Positions 1 to 12,100 of a DNA stretch of 64,000 nucleotides are shown in pieces. Under the pieces are notes generated by a model. That model was not told where the DNA came from. It saw only the letters and a list, made by a program, of their open reading frames with translations, and made no database searches. Origin of the DNA: Rhizodiscina lignyota (taxonomy: Eukaryota); the NCBI GenBank assembly GCA_010015805.1, contig ML978125.1, positions 558,001-622,000 of the forward strand, written 5' to 3'. How positions within the stretch are numbered: position 1 is the first letter of the stretch; each line of letters opens with the position of its first letter. The position numbers and the translations under genes were made by a program.

Positions 1-408
1 CCAGCGTTTTGGAGCCAGATAGGAAGATAATTGTTGTTAATTCCTTGCGACACGACCTTGGGGTAGCCGCCGTAAGGAGGGAAGACGTCTGTTACGTTCG
101 TATTGTGAGCAGCCTTTCCAGTCCAAAGATTGGCCCGTGAAGGGCAGCAGATGGCGACGGTGCAGAAATGCTTGAGGAAAAGAGTGCCCTCTTTGACGAG
201 ATGTTTCTGCAGGAGGGGCATGTACTCCAAAGAGTGCATATGCCTAGAACAATTAGTCTCAGTTCTTCGGAATCTAAATGCGGATGCTTAATTGGACTCA
301 CAGGTCTTGATCATCGGTTAGGATGAACAAGATATTGGGCTGCTTCGCAGCAATTGCTTGCTGGCCAGCGGCCCAGAGAAGAGCGAAGAGAACTGAGAGC
401 AACTTCAT
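1..408 (-). CDS. Secreted arylsulfatase, 5' part (gene continues beyond the window start)
   Basis: Manual translation from ATG at 408 gives signal peptide MKLLSVLFALLWAAGQQAIA, then KQPNILFILTDDQDL. A GT-AG intron lies at 244-301. Exon 2 reads HMHSLEYMPLLQKHL...HFCTVAICCPSRANLWTGKAAHNTNVTD, containing the sulfatase CxPxR formylglycine motif. Not present in the ORF track. Confidence 0.92.
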
Positions 409-1191
409 GACATCCGCTCTTCTCGGTTCTTAGAGAAATTGGTTAGTTGAGGAAGGAAATTCATATGTTCAGTAAGTATTTCACGTTTTGCGCTACTCCA
501 CAAATATAACCATAAAATCCGCTCGTCCCTCCAACTCTTCCAACCAGGCCGACAACGCCGTGAATCGCACCATGTCATCACAATTCTCCGCAAGTGGACG
601 GCACAAGGAATCAATTGTCCACTGGGGGTGTGAAGGCGCAAATGACGGCCTCTAACGGCGCGAGACGCGCTCAGATCAGCAGAAGACGCGGACCTCCCGA
701 CATCGCGAGACGCGTCTTGTTCCTGAGAATACGCAATCTGCACCATGGAACCACGGCACAGGAACCAGTCATAGCCTTCAAAGTTTCACATGCCGTGGAA
801 TCTAGAGCACGGAAACTTACCGGCTCAGTACAGGACTCGAAAATTTCAGCGTCGCTGCGCGCCAGGCCCCAGAGGTGCAGATGTTCGACAGCTATCCCCA
901 GAATCACGTCAATTCTGGCGAATCACGCCAGCGGCGCCCAGATCAATTCCAAAGGCGAACTCACGATGTGGAGACCGGTCAATATCAATGATATATGAGC
1001 TATGCAAACTATCTGATAGGGAAAATAGGCGGCAGTCTCGGCATGTTCCCAACAAACCAGCCAACTCCGAAGCACCTACCGCAACGAGACATGTCAACTT
1101 TGCTGAGGAGTCATTCCGGCGAGATGTCATATCAAAGTTCATTTGACGCTCTCCGTCTTCGCTTGAAAGCCTGGCGGGCACCCACACACAT

Positions 1192-3280
1192 ATGGCGGCT
1201 TCAGAAAATTCGTTATCGGCATCCCCAGTTGCTATAGTGAATCAAGACACTGCTGTCGAAGATACACCTCTGCTTGGACATGCAGAACCCCAGAAACGCG
1301 TTAGACGAAGCTCCTCTCTAGTTGGAAATACACAACATGGATATCACACTATTCCTGCGAGTACCCCCGAGGCACCTGTCGATGTTCCGCAGCATAGCGT
1401 TCGCGTTGTGATTGGTATCCTTTCGGTATTGCTCATAGGTAAGAGGTAGCTCAATGCCTCTCCTCTCCAGGCTGTGAGATTAATTCGCCAAGGCGTTTTC
1501 ATATCGCAGACGGATTTTACATTGTTGCTCGCTACTATTGGTGATATATCGTCTGAATTCAATGATTTGCAAAGCTCAGCTTGGCTCTTCTCCAGTTTTG
1601 GGTTGGCTACGTGTGTTGCTCAGCCTCTGGTATGTTCAACTCCTCGCGCCATGAATCCGCTAATATGTCGAAGTACGGGAAGCTGAGCGACATCTTTGGC
1701 CGCAAGACGATGCTCCAAGTCGCATATTTCCTCTTTGCTTTGGGCGGTCTGATATGGTATCCACAGACCCTCTTTTCATCCAATACTCAAGTATCTGACT
1801 CTTTTCATAGTGGAATCGGGAGATCGATGCCTGAAATCGTCGTCGGCCGAGTCATTCAAGGATCTGGAGGTGCCGGCATGGTTGCACTTGTATCGGTACT
1901 CATCACTGGCAAGCTAGTAATACCTCTCGCTCAAAGTAAAGATTCTAATAGTTACAGATCTTGTCCCCCTACGAGAAGTTGCTGCTTACCGAAGCTATGT
2001 TAATATCGTCTCAACTGTCGGTCGATCTTCAGGAGGACCCATTGGAGGCGCATTGGCTCAAACAATCGGTTGGAGGTGGGCTTTTCTCATACAAGCGCCC
2101 TTGACCGGAATTGCTATGGTTTTAGTTGCTTGGAGGCTCAACATTCAACCTAAAATGAAGAGCACTACCAAGGCCGATGAAGATCAGAGCATCGGAGCCA
2201 AACTGAAAAGAATTGATTTCGTTGGGGCAATATTCATGAGCACTACCATTCTCGCCGCCGCAATGATTCTTGACATGGGTGGTGATAAGGTCAGCTGGGC
2301 GTCACCGACGATTGGTATCCTCGCTGGGGCGACAGTCTTGAGTGGGATCATGTTCTACGTTACGGAGAAATATTGGGCAAAGGAACCGATATTTCCTCTA
2401 CACCTTCTTTCCCACAAACATTTGGTTTTGGACTATGTCCTACTGACAGTGCAAGTTTGTTCACAGATCGCGGTCAGTTCCCTCGCGTCTCCGAACACGA
2501 TATTCGCTAACTCAGTTTTAGCTCATGCTATACATTGCATTGTATTTTCAACTCACGAATAATGCGAGTGAGGCGGTGGCGGGCGCCTATATGGTGCCAT
2601 CAGTCATGGGCAACACTGTCGGCGGTCTTGTTACTGGATCTTATATTAAACGGTATGTGTTCCTGTAGGCTGCCAACGACCGAACTTTCTAATAAAGAAT
2701 CCCAGCACCGGTCGATACAAACTTCCGATCATCATCTCTGGCTTTTCTGCCATTCTATGTTTTACGCTCCTTCTCATCACTTGGCACGGCAACACGCCTG
2801 TTTGGCAGGCGTTCTTTGTCTTCTTCGGAGGGTTTGCAACAGGAATTGCCAATTCGGCCGTTTTCGTAGATTTGGCCGCAACGGTGGACGAGTCGGAAAT
2901 TGCAATTGCAAGCTCTGGGCTCTATCTCAGTACAAACATCGGAGCAGTGGGCGGTGTGAGTGTAGCAAGCGCCATCTTCGGAAACTCTCTCAAGACCAGG
3001 TTAGCGGATCTGCTCTCCAACTGGCCCGATGGACAAAAGGTAAGCTCCAAGCCCCTCGGATTCAAAAATGGTGTGACGGAGAGTTAACCGCTGTCGTCAG
3101 GTTGCCGAGAAGGCGGCTTCAAACATAGAGTATGTCCAAGGCCTCACGGGTCAACTCCACCGGCTTGTAATATCGGCATATGTCTTCGCCTTTCGACAGG
3201 CATTTGTATTTTCACTTTGTTGCGCAGTTTGTGCGCTCCTCCTTGGCTTGATACTGAAGGAGAAAAAGCTGCATCGTTGA
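1192..3280 (+). CDS. MFS drug/H+ antiporter-like transporter (14-TMS DHA2/Vba-like), multi-exon
   Basis: Spliced exons give YGKLSDIFGRK (MFS motif A), GRVIQGSGGAG, DLVPLREVAAYRSY, GGPIGGALAQTIGWRWAF and AKEPIFPL. There are about 7 short introns, one of them GC-AG (1909-1957). The last exon ends ...LKEKKLHR* with TGA at 3278-3280. Confidence 0.9.
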
Positions 3281-3980
3281 AATAGAGATCGAGAGAGATA
3301 TAGAGGATAAGGATTGAAACGAAACATTGGCTATGCAAAGTCATTATGCTGGATAATCGCTTTGTCCAACCAACGACACGCTCAACGGGGAAGCTGTCGT
3401 ATGAAGGAACTGGTTCTTCCTGAGCGTATGAGATCTACAACGAGGTCTCTTTTCCGCGACAGCGAGGAGAAAAGCAGCTTTGATAAGTTACTTCCTGACA
3501 GCCTCAAATGTAAACTCATCAATACGCGGAAGCTTCTTGGCGTTGAAGACAAATGTAATAGAGTGGGCTCTGTGGCAATTTCCGAACTCCAAAATTAAGT
3601 CTGATCAAAGTGCTGGGTGACAAAGGAACCTCCCTGATTCTTTACCGGGTCAAGAACTCTCACGTAAATGCCACGTTTGATACTCAAAAGTCGTAGGTAT
3701 ACCTAAACGGGACGTGACTTCCTTGGGGAAAAGACATCTTGATCGACGTCCAAGGTCGGGTCAATGCCGGTCCAACGTCTTCCACCCAAATTGCCTTTCC
3801 CCGTTCTGAGCAGCACGCCATCCGTCTCAGAAGTGACGTGTTGCAACTTCGCACATTATGGCTGCTACGTAGAATATATCGCCAAGGTAGGCCGAAGCAC
3901 TCCTTAGACTCCTCGTGTCTGTTTGAATTTGCTGTTTCAAATTGGATTTCCATTTCGTTGGGCCTGGTTGTACAAGATCT

Positions 3981-5712
3981 ATGGGCCGCTCGCCAATCAG
4001 GTCGGTCGCTGTTATTGGCGCTGGAGCAGCTGGTAAGTTCGAATAGCTCTGTGTTATCTTTCACAGTGCTCTCATATTTTGTAGGTGCAGCAGCTGCAAC
4101 AGCACTGGCCTCCGAGAATGTTTTCGAGGTCATACGTGTGTTTGAACGTCGAGAGGTTCCTGGGGGAACATGGTACCGACTTGTTCATCTAACTTCTCTG
4201 AATATTTGGCCGACAAAATATTAGGATATACGATGCGGATCCTGGAACGATTGAGCTCCATCCTGGAAAACTCCCTCCCGAAGTTGATACCCCACTGAAG
4301 ATTCCGAAGACGGTGCCCCGAACCACTCCTCCGTCTTCACAGTATCGCTATGATAGAACTCCAATCTACGCAGAACTCACGTGCGTTGAGGCAAGAGTAA
4401 TAGGCCAATCCGAAAGATAGATCGCTTACGTGCCCACAGGACTAATGTTCCTGCTATTGCAATGTCATTTTCAGACGAGCCCTTCCCGTATGGTCCATTC
4501 GTACCGCATTGGATACCCAAACAATACATAGAAAGTTACTTTTCATTGCGGCGAACCGATTCCTTTCTTGTCTTAAACACAACAGTTGAGGATGTAACCA
4601 GTATCCCTGCAAAAGGCGACCCCCACGATAGATGGAGATTGACTCTGAGACGGCACGACTCGATAAGAGATGTAGACGTTTGGTGGGCCGAAGAGTTTGA
4701 TGCGGTAATCATCGCTAATGGTCACTATTCGGTGCCAATTGTAAGCGCTTTCCCGATCAATTCTTCCATTGGCCATCCTTTTGCCGTTGGCCGAGTATTC
4801 TGTCAGAGCTAACGTGTCGACACGTAAAAGATACCTGCAGTCAAAGGCTTGAATAACTACATTAATAAATTTCCCGGCATAGTCTCGCACTCCAAGTCCT
4901 ACCGGACTGTTGGCCAATTTGCCAACAAGCGGGTGATTGTAATTGGCAACTCCGCTTCTGGGCACGATATCACAACCCAGCTTGTGGAATCGGGGAAGCC
5001 CAAGCTGCCTGTCTATCAATCCCGGCGATCCAAGTCTAGATGGGATGGCGCAGGTCCTCCGCCAGGGATTGAATGGAAGCCAGTGATTGAGGAGTACAAC
5101 GCCGAGACAGGCGAGATTCTATTCGCTGATAATACTCGTCTAACTAACATCGACGCCGTCATCTACTGCACCGGCTATGGCCCGTCTTTTCCGTTCTGGA
5201 ACGTCGAAGCTAATGGTGGGCCACTGTACGATTATGCGAAAGGCCATCTGAGGGAGAATTACCAGCACACATTCTCCCGTGTATTCCCTCATAATCTGGG
5301 GATAATGGGCTTCCCACGCGTCCTCACATTTCGTTCGTTCGAATACCAAGCAATTGCCCTGGCGCGTCTGTTCGCAGGCCGGCATTCCAAGCCTCTACCG
5401 CCACTTTCTGAGCAGGAGGACTGGGAGAAACGAAGAGCTGAGCTTGTCCAAAGGGAGAGACGGAAATTCCATGACATTGAATGGGATGAAGGCGAGACGA
5501 TGGATTGGTTTCGGTTCCTCTTTGAGCTGAGCGGGTTACCTGTCCTCGAAGATCTGGGCCGGTGTCCACCAGTACTAGGAGATGCCACAAGATGGGCTAT
5601 TGATCATGTTCGGAAGTATCCAGAGCCTGGTAGAGAGGATGGAGAGGGCGACCTGGAGGAGGAAGGATGGGTCATCCTGGAACAGCGCAAGGATAGCTTG
5701 CACTTTATCTAG
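3981..5712 (+). CDS. Flavin-containing (thiol-specific-like) monooxygenase, FMO family
   Basis: ATG at 3981 gives MGRSPIRSVAVIGAGAAG (FAD GxGxxG). Other motifs are VFERREVPGGTW, DAVIIANGHYSVP, the FMO signature FPGIVSHSKSYR, NADP-binding VIGNSASG and DAVIYCTGY. Four introns. Confidence 0.92.
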
Positions 5713-5714
5713 TA

Positions 5715-5804
5715 GATTGAACCGGTGCCTTTAGATTCCATGTGATGGCTGAAGTTTTGCTTCAGTCTAACGCGCTCCCAGCTGCGCCATTGCCCAATTT
5801 ACAG
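5715..5804 (-). pseudogene. Inverted, 3'-truncated copy of the neighbouring tRNA-Phe(GAA) gene, including its intron and 5' flank
   Basis: Its reverse complement matches 6217-6308 except for two 1-nt deletions. It lacks the last 13 nt of the tRNA (3' T-stem strand and acceptor strand). Confidence 0.9.
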
Positions 5805-5834
5805 TTGCCCAATTTACAGTTGCCCAATTTATAG
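5790..5834. repeat. Three tandem copies of the 15-mer TTGCCCAATTTACAG
   Basis: Units at 5790-5804, 5805-5819 and 5820-5834; the last has C>T. The unit is the reverse complement of the tRNA 5' flank plus its first bases. Confidence 0.9.
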
Positions 5835-6000
5835 ACAAAGGAACATCTCCTGTACCTCAGCTAAATTCCTTACCTCTTCTCGCGCCACAAGCACGCACCG
5901 CCACCGCTTAGTCAGACACTATTTCAAATTACGATACACGTACAGAGCTCTCACGTTTGAAACTGGAAATGAACATTACTCGAGTCACTCTGAAAATATG

Positions 6001-6029
6001 ATAGAATAGAGGATACCCCTCTATTCTAT
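6001..6029. repeat. Perfect 12-bp inverted repeat (hairpin) in an AT-rich patch
   Basis: ATAGAATAGAGG (6001-6012), a 5-nt loop, then CCTCTATTCTAT (6018-6029). It extends imperfectly to about 5989-6042. Confidence 0.8.
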
Positions 6030-6225
6030 AGTGATTTTTAGATTATTTTAATTAGTCTTTTGATATATTTTGTGCAGATATTTCAGAAATATCAATCGGC
6101 GCAGTTTCTGAGCCTCGACGCCCCCGCTCGGGAGTCTCTGGGGCTGTTCACGCAACGAAAATTCACCGGCAACCAGTAAGCGCTAGCTACATAATCCAAT
6201 CAGGTTTTTCTCCCATCTGTAAATT

Positions 6226-6321
6226 GGGGCAATGGCGCAGCTGGGAGCGCGTTAGACTGAAGCAAAACTTCAGCCATCACATGGAATCTAAAGGTCACCG
6301 GTTCAATCCCGGTTTGCCCCA
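6226..6321 (+). tRNA. tRNA-Phe(GAA) with a 23-nt intron (6263-6285)
   Basis: Cloverleaf: acceptor GGGGCAA/TTGCCCC, D arm GCGC/GCGC, anticodon stem TTAGA/TCTAA with GAA at 6259-6261, T arm ACCGG-TTCAATC-CCGGT. Mature length is 73 nt. Confidence 0.96.
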
Positions 6322-6322
6322 A

Positions 6323-6328
6323 TTTTTT
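6323..6328 (+). terminator. Pol III oligo-T terminator of tRNA-Phe
   Basis: T6 run starting 2 nt after the discriminator base. Confidence 0.8.
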
Positions 6329-8748
6329 GGCGTTTTCTTTTACTACTGCTTTCTTCTGTCTCTCCCCCTTTTTTTTAAACAAAATTTTATAGTCAACATG
6401 TAATCTTACAGAGTGCATAGGGAAGGAAGGTGCGACTGTGGGATGACTAATGCGTGATCTTTTGCAACTGCCAAACGTGGATTTCCGTGAAAGGCTCAAC
6501 ATTGAACTAATAAGTTGACATGTAATGCATACCACACATACCACACATGTAATGCATGCCCCAGATTGTACAAGCTTTTAAGGAATGACGATGTGATTCA
6601 CAACTGAACTATCTATCATACCGCTTGACGCCTCGCCTGATACGACATGCTCTTCACAGATTCATCTCATTTATTTCGCTTCGGGCTAGTTATACATCTC
6701 GGCGATCTATTAAAGCCCAATGCCTCTATTGTATTCGCATGGAAGGAGGCATTAAGCGTCATCCTTCTGAAGGCAACTAGCAACCAGTAACGGTTCACAC
6801 GCTCTCGACCTCCGGATCGAAGATATTTGAAAGTGGTAATGGTAATCGATGAACGCGCTGTCTTTAAATCAAATTATGAAAGTCATATGGCATTGGGTGC
6901 TCTCAATTTGTACTTGGCGCCCATGGCGCCAAGTTGCTGGAGAAGTTCTTCGATTATGCATTGGAGCTCTTTCATTAGTTCTCTTCTTCATCAAGACTCT
7001 CCATCGCTCACTCGATGGTCCCAGTTCCTGGCTGATACGGATCGTTTAGCTAAAGCCATCAGACTTGAGATCGACCGCGCGAGCAAATGACCAAGGTAGG
7101 CGCCATCCACTTTGACTATCCAGCTCGTCGATTTGTTGGCATCTCAAGTATCTGATTATGCTGGTTGCGTCACGCACATGCTTTCAGGGATACGGGATGT
7201 TTTGTGTTGCACAGCTGCAAGACATTGGTGAACTGGAAATATTTCCAGATCCATTTCTTCGTTTTGGGATCTTGCCATTCGAGTCTACAGCCGAGTCTGA
7301 AGGCGTCTTCCCAGTCAAGGAATGGCCCCGCGTCCAGCAGAGGTGCAATATGCACAGGCTGCCTTTCGCCCTTCGGCGCGATATGGGATCGTGACGAGGG
7401 GCCAGGGATGCAAGTTTGCGTAGCACCTGTAAGCGCATAATAACTGACGGATCGAATGGCCAAAATACCAAGCCACAACATGAAGGCCGTTTCCGCACCC
7501 ACACTTCGAGATTGAGGTGTACGAGGTTGGTAATATGGTTGAGGTCCATGGACGAAAGAGTCTTGTTGTATGAATAAGTTTTCTTCGTGCACACAGACGA
7601 GAGCATGAATGAAAGCTTAGTTCGAGATGACTTGGAGTGTGGTTGTTATACATGAACAGATTCAACAAATATACTTCGTATTTAGAGAAGAGCGCGTACA
7701 TCATAGCGGCGGGATGTGTCGCCGCTACGCAACTATTCCTTTGTGGTCCACCAAGGGGGCTAATCCGATGAGTTGAAGAGGCCAACCTTCCTGCAAGCGC
7801 GAAGTAGATTTTCGGATTTTTCTTATTCCTTCGAGGTCACGGAGGACGCACTATGCAGTGGAAGCGCAGCAGGGCCAGTTGGAGCTCGATGCAGCCGCTG
7901 GAGAGAATCGAGTTCCAATTCGCTGCAGCAAGCTATTCGCTTGTTCGAGAGCAGATTTCGATGCTACTCCTGGAGGAGACGCTGGAAGAGGTGTGTACTA
8001 TGTGTTGTCTCAAGACCCAGGCGAAGTGAGCAACCGAGGAAGCGATGAAGTGCCAGGACACCAATCTAGGACAAAAAGTTAAGTTATAATGCTCTTGGCG
8101 CGGTCAGAGACCGGTCAGGGATTGGGTTGATTCTCCATGAAAGAATAGAGGTACTCAGATAGAGTGTCTGCTTGTACCTATTTCCGAGGAGGTTTGTTCT
8201 CCTTAATATTTCCTGAAACCATATTTTCAGGGCCTGCCGGGTCGCGTATCCTGTGTATCTGGAATCGATATCTCAGACGGAGAGGGATTCGCTCATCATG
8301 GAATGGAATGCTGAAAACGATAGCTGCGTGGCATGTTTGTGATCGTTCAGTGTTTCTGCCTCTACAGCGTCCCAAGAGTGAACGCATCGGCATTGAAATG
8401 AGGAATATCCGGTCGTGGCGGGCTATGAGAATGGAAAAGGAGGCAGTTAGGCAAGGCTATCATATCATCTGAATATCTGATCCCTTTTGAATCGATGCAG
8501 ATACCAATTTCAATAAATGACATGGAAGCCCACAGTATCGCCTAACCGTACAAGTCCCAGGAAAGATATGGTACAGCTTATGGTGCGGTGAAAGTTGAAG
8601 CAGGTACGAAAGGTCTCGCCGCACCTGCCTCGACGATCACAAAACCACTAGCGCGCCAAGACCAACAACGCCTCCACGCCCGCCCTCCCTCGGCCTCCAA
8701 TTGATATCAGAACGCCAAAAAGGAATGCAAATTCGAAGCAAAAAGAAA

Positions 8749-8836
8749 TGGACGAATGGGGGATCGAACCCCAGACCTCCCGCAAGTTGGATCACGGTTA
8801 TGCGAAGCGGGCGCTCTACCACTGAGCTATACGCCC
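8749..8836 (-). tRNA. tRNA-Ala(CGC) with a 16-nt intron
   Basis: Reverse complement reads GGGCGTA-TA-GCTC-AGTGGTA-GAGC-G-CCCGC-TT-CGC-A-[16 nt]-T-GCGGG-AGGTC-TGGGG-TTCGATC-CCCCA-TTCGTCC-A. It has the G3:U70 Ala identity pair and a T5 terminator at 8740-8744. Confidence 0.95.
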
Positions 8837-9148
8837 TGAGGGTGAAAATTCAGCTGGTCTAGGGGTCAAGGATTTTGATATACTAAACCGCTTATAGAAG
8901 CTGATTGCAACCCTTGCTTCCCCGGATAAATAATAATCCGCTCCGAAAGGACCGTGCTCCTTAAGTTTTCAGAGGCCATCAAAGCTACGAACTTTCACGT
9001 AGACAGCACCAGGCTACGATAAACACGGCTTCGTCCTCTTCCTCGCTAGTTCCCAGCGATATCACACCCTCCTCTACCAAAGGCTGCTTTGCTGGGCCTA
9101 TCTCGATTCTATCTATCCTGAAAAAGTGCGTCGCAGCATTCATTCAAG

Positions 9149-12100
9149 ATGGCGGACGGCAAGAAGGAAAACAACTTGGCCCAGTTCAAGTACTCGGCCA
9201 TGTCAAACCTGGTTCTCCAGGCAGACAGAAGATTTATCACACGCCGAGGCGACGAGAACACTGGCGATCCGGAATCACTGGCTGGGCGCATCAACATACG
9301 CGACATGGGTTCACGCATCACACGCGACGAGGCCCCTGTGCAAAAGAAGAAGCCCAAAGGCCCTTCAGATATCGAGAGGGGGAGCATAAGAGAAGGTGAA
9401 GACGTCCTGGAGCGGGAGCAGAAGAAGAGGAAGCGTGGCGAACCTGCCCAGTTGCGCGGAGCGGGCATTCTATCAAATCAGGACCTTCTGATTGAGGACT
9501 TGAGATATCGCCCACGGACACCTGCGACACGCGCGACGTATGACCTGATAACTACCATCGTAGGGAGGAATCTTGGTGATGTACCGAATCACGTCACGAG
9601 GAGCGCGGCAGATGCAGTTTTGGAGTTCCTCAAGGATGAGTCGCTGAAGGACTTCGATAAGAAGAAGGAAGTGGACGAGATTCTAGGGACAACACTGGGC
9701 TCGAAAGAGTTCAACGAGTTGGTCAACCTGGGAAAGAAGATCACAGACTACGATGCGCAAGACGAGGACGAGAACATGGAAGACGGCGATGGTGCCGACG
9801 GAGCTGACCTCGATGAGCGACAAGGTGTGGCAGTCGTCTTTGATGAAGAGGATGAGGATGAAGAAGGTGCTGGCCAAACATACGAAGTCCGCGACGAGGA
9901 TGACACATCAGACGAAGAGGCAGAAGGTGGGGGTGAAGATGGCGAACCCACAGATGCAGCTGCAGAAGCAGGAGCCGAGGAGGATGGAGTGGACAAGGAT
10001 GAAGAGATGGTCATTGACGGAATGGGCACCGCGGAATCAAGCAAGGAGTCTGCAGAGAAATATATCCCAGCGCATGAAATCGACGCGTACTGGTTACAGC
10101 GTCAAATTGGTCAGATTTATGACGATCCACACACGCAACAGGAGAAGACGCGGGAAGCGCTCCAAATTCTGTCGGGCGTTGGAGAAGATGGTGAAAATAA
10201 GCCTCTCCGTGAGATTGAGAACGACCTCATGGAGCTTTTCGATTACGAGCAGCACGAGTTGGTCTCCAAATTAGTGCTGAACCGAGACAAGGTTGTTTGG
10301 GTCACCCGATGGCGCCAGGCTGCTGAAGATCGCGATGCTAGAAAAGCGATCGAGGGCGAAATGATAACCGAAGGGCATCGAAACATTCTCACCGAACTCC
10401 GATCACGAGAAGATCCAAGCACCATTGAAGACAGTGCTGGACCGAAAAAGATGAAGCTCGACCTCATGGACATTGATATGTCATCGCGCGCTAATGGTAA
10501 TGGGCAGCCTGCGGACGGTGCAAGAGACGGTGGCCTTGTGGGTGGTTTGCAACCAAAGCGATTGATCAATTTGGAGAATCTGGTATTCGATCAGGGCAAT
10601 CACCTCATGACGAATCCCAACGTGAAACTCCCTCAAGGATCAATTAAGCGAACGTTCAAAGGGTACGAAGAGATTCATGTACCTGCTCCAAAGTCGAAGC
10701 GTGGACCAAACGAACAACCAGACATGCCTACTAGTGCTTTGCCGGAATGGGCTCGCATCGGGTTTGGCTCATCTGCAAAGCTGAACCGTATTCAGACTCG
10801 ATGCTATCCTTCTGCTTTTGGAGACGATGGCAACATGCTTATCTGTGCGCCCACTGGCTCTGGTAAGACCAACGTCGCAATGCTTACCATGCTCCGCGAA
10901 ATCGGAAAACACCGAAATCCCGAGACTGGCGAAATCGCCTTGGATGACTTTAAAATCATTTATATCGCTCCTCTCAAGGCTTTGGTACAAGAGCAGGTGG
11001 GCAATTTTGGCAAGAGATTGAAACCATACGGAATTACCGTGTCAGAACTCACTGGAGACCGGCAACTCACAAAGCAGCAAATCGCGGATACTCAGATCAT
11101 CGTCACAACACCCGAGAAATGGGATGTTATCACACGGAAAGCCACGGACACAAGCTATACCAACCTCGTGCGGCTTATTTGTATCGATGAAATCCATCTT
11201 CTTCACGACGACCGTGGACCAGTACTCGAGAGTATTGTGAGCAGGACAATTCGACGAATGGAGCAGACGGGAGATCCAGTTCGTCTGATCGGACTGAGTG
11301 CTACGCTACCAAACTACCGCGACGTGGCGAGCTTCCTCCGTGTTGATCCAATCAAAGGCTTATTCCATTTTGATGGTTCCTTCAGGCCGTGCCCGTTGAA
11401 GCAAGAATTCATCGGCGTAACGGATAAAAAGGCGATCAAGCAGCTCAAGACGATGAACGACGTGTGCTACACGAAAGTGCTTGAACAGGTTGGACAAAAC
11501 CGTAATCAGATGCTCATCTTCGTCCACTCAAGAAAAGAGACTGCAAAGACTGCAAAGTACATTCGAGACAAGGCGCTTGAATTGGAGACTATCGGCCAGA
11601 TTCTGCGCAGTGATGCAGCAAGTCGGGAGATTCTTCGACAAGAAGCGGAAACAGTGACAAACACTGATCTCAAAGATCTCATGCCGTACGGCTTTGGCAT
11701 CCATCACGCTGGAATGAGTCGTGCTGATCGAACTTCGGTCGAAGACTTGTTTGCCGATGGGCAGCTCCAGGTGCTTGTCTGTACAGCTACCCTTGCTTGG
11801 GGTGTAAACCTTCCCGCGCATACCGTGATCATCAAGGGGACGCAGATCTACTCTCCCGAAAAAGGTAGCTGGGTAGAGCTAAGCCCACAAGACGTGTTGC
11901 AGATGCTTGGCCGAGCAGGTCGACCACAGTATGACACCTTCGGAGAGGGTATCATCATCACAACACAGACTGAGATGCAGTATTATCTCTCTCTACTAAA
12001 TCAGCAGCTCCCGATCGAGAGTCAGTTCATGAGCAAACTCGCCGACAACCTCAATGCCGAAATTGTGCTTGGTAGCATACGCAACCGAGACGAAGGTGTC

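Noticed and set aside
5790..5834. Short repeats as a CRISPR-like array
   Set aside because: They are contiguous tandem units without spacers, in eukaryotic DNA, with no cas genes.
6518..6558. Small nested direct repeats (CATGTAATGCAT twice, ACCACACAT twice)
   Set aside because: A simple local slippage with no further structure.
8749..8836. U6:U67 mismatch in the tRNA-Ala acceptor stem suggesting a pseudogene
   Set aside because: The same mismatch occurs in functional yeast tRNA-Ala, and all other elements are intact.
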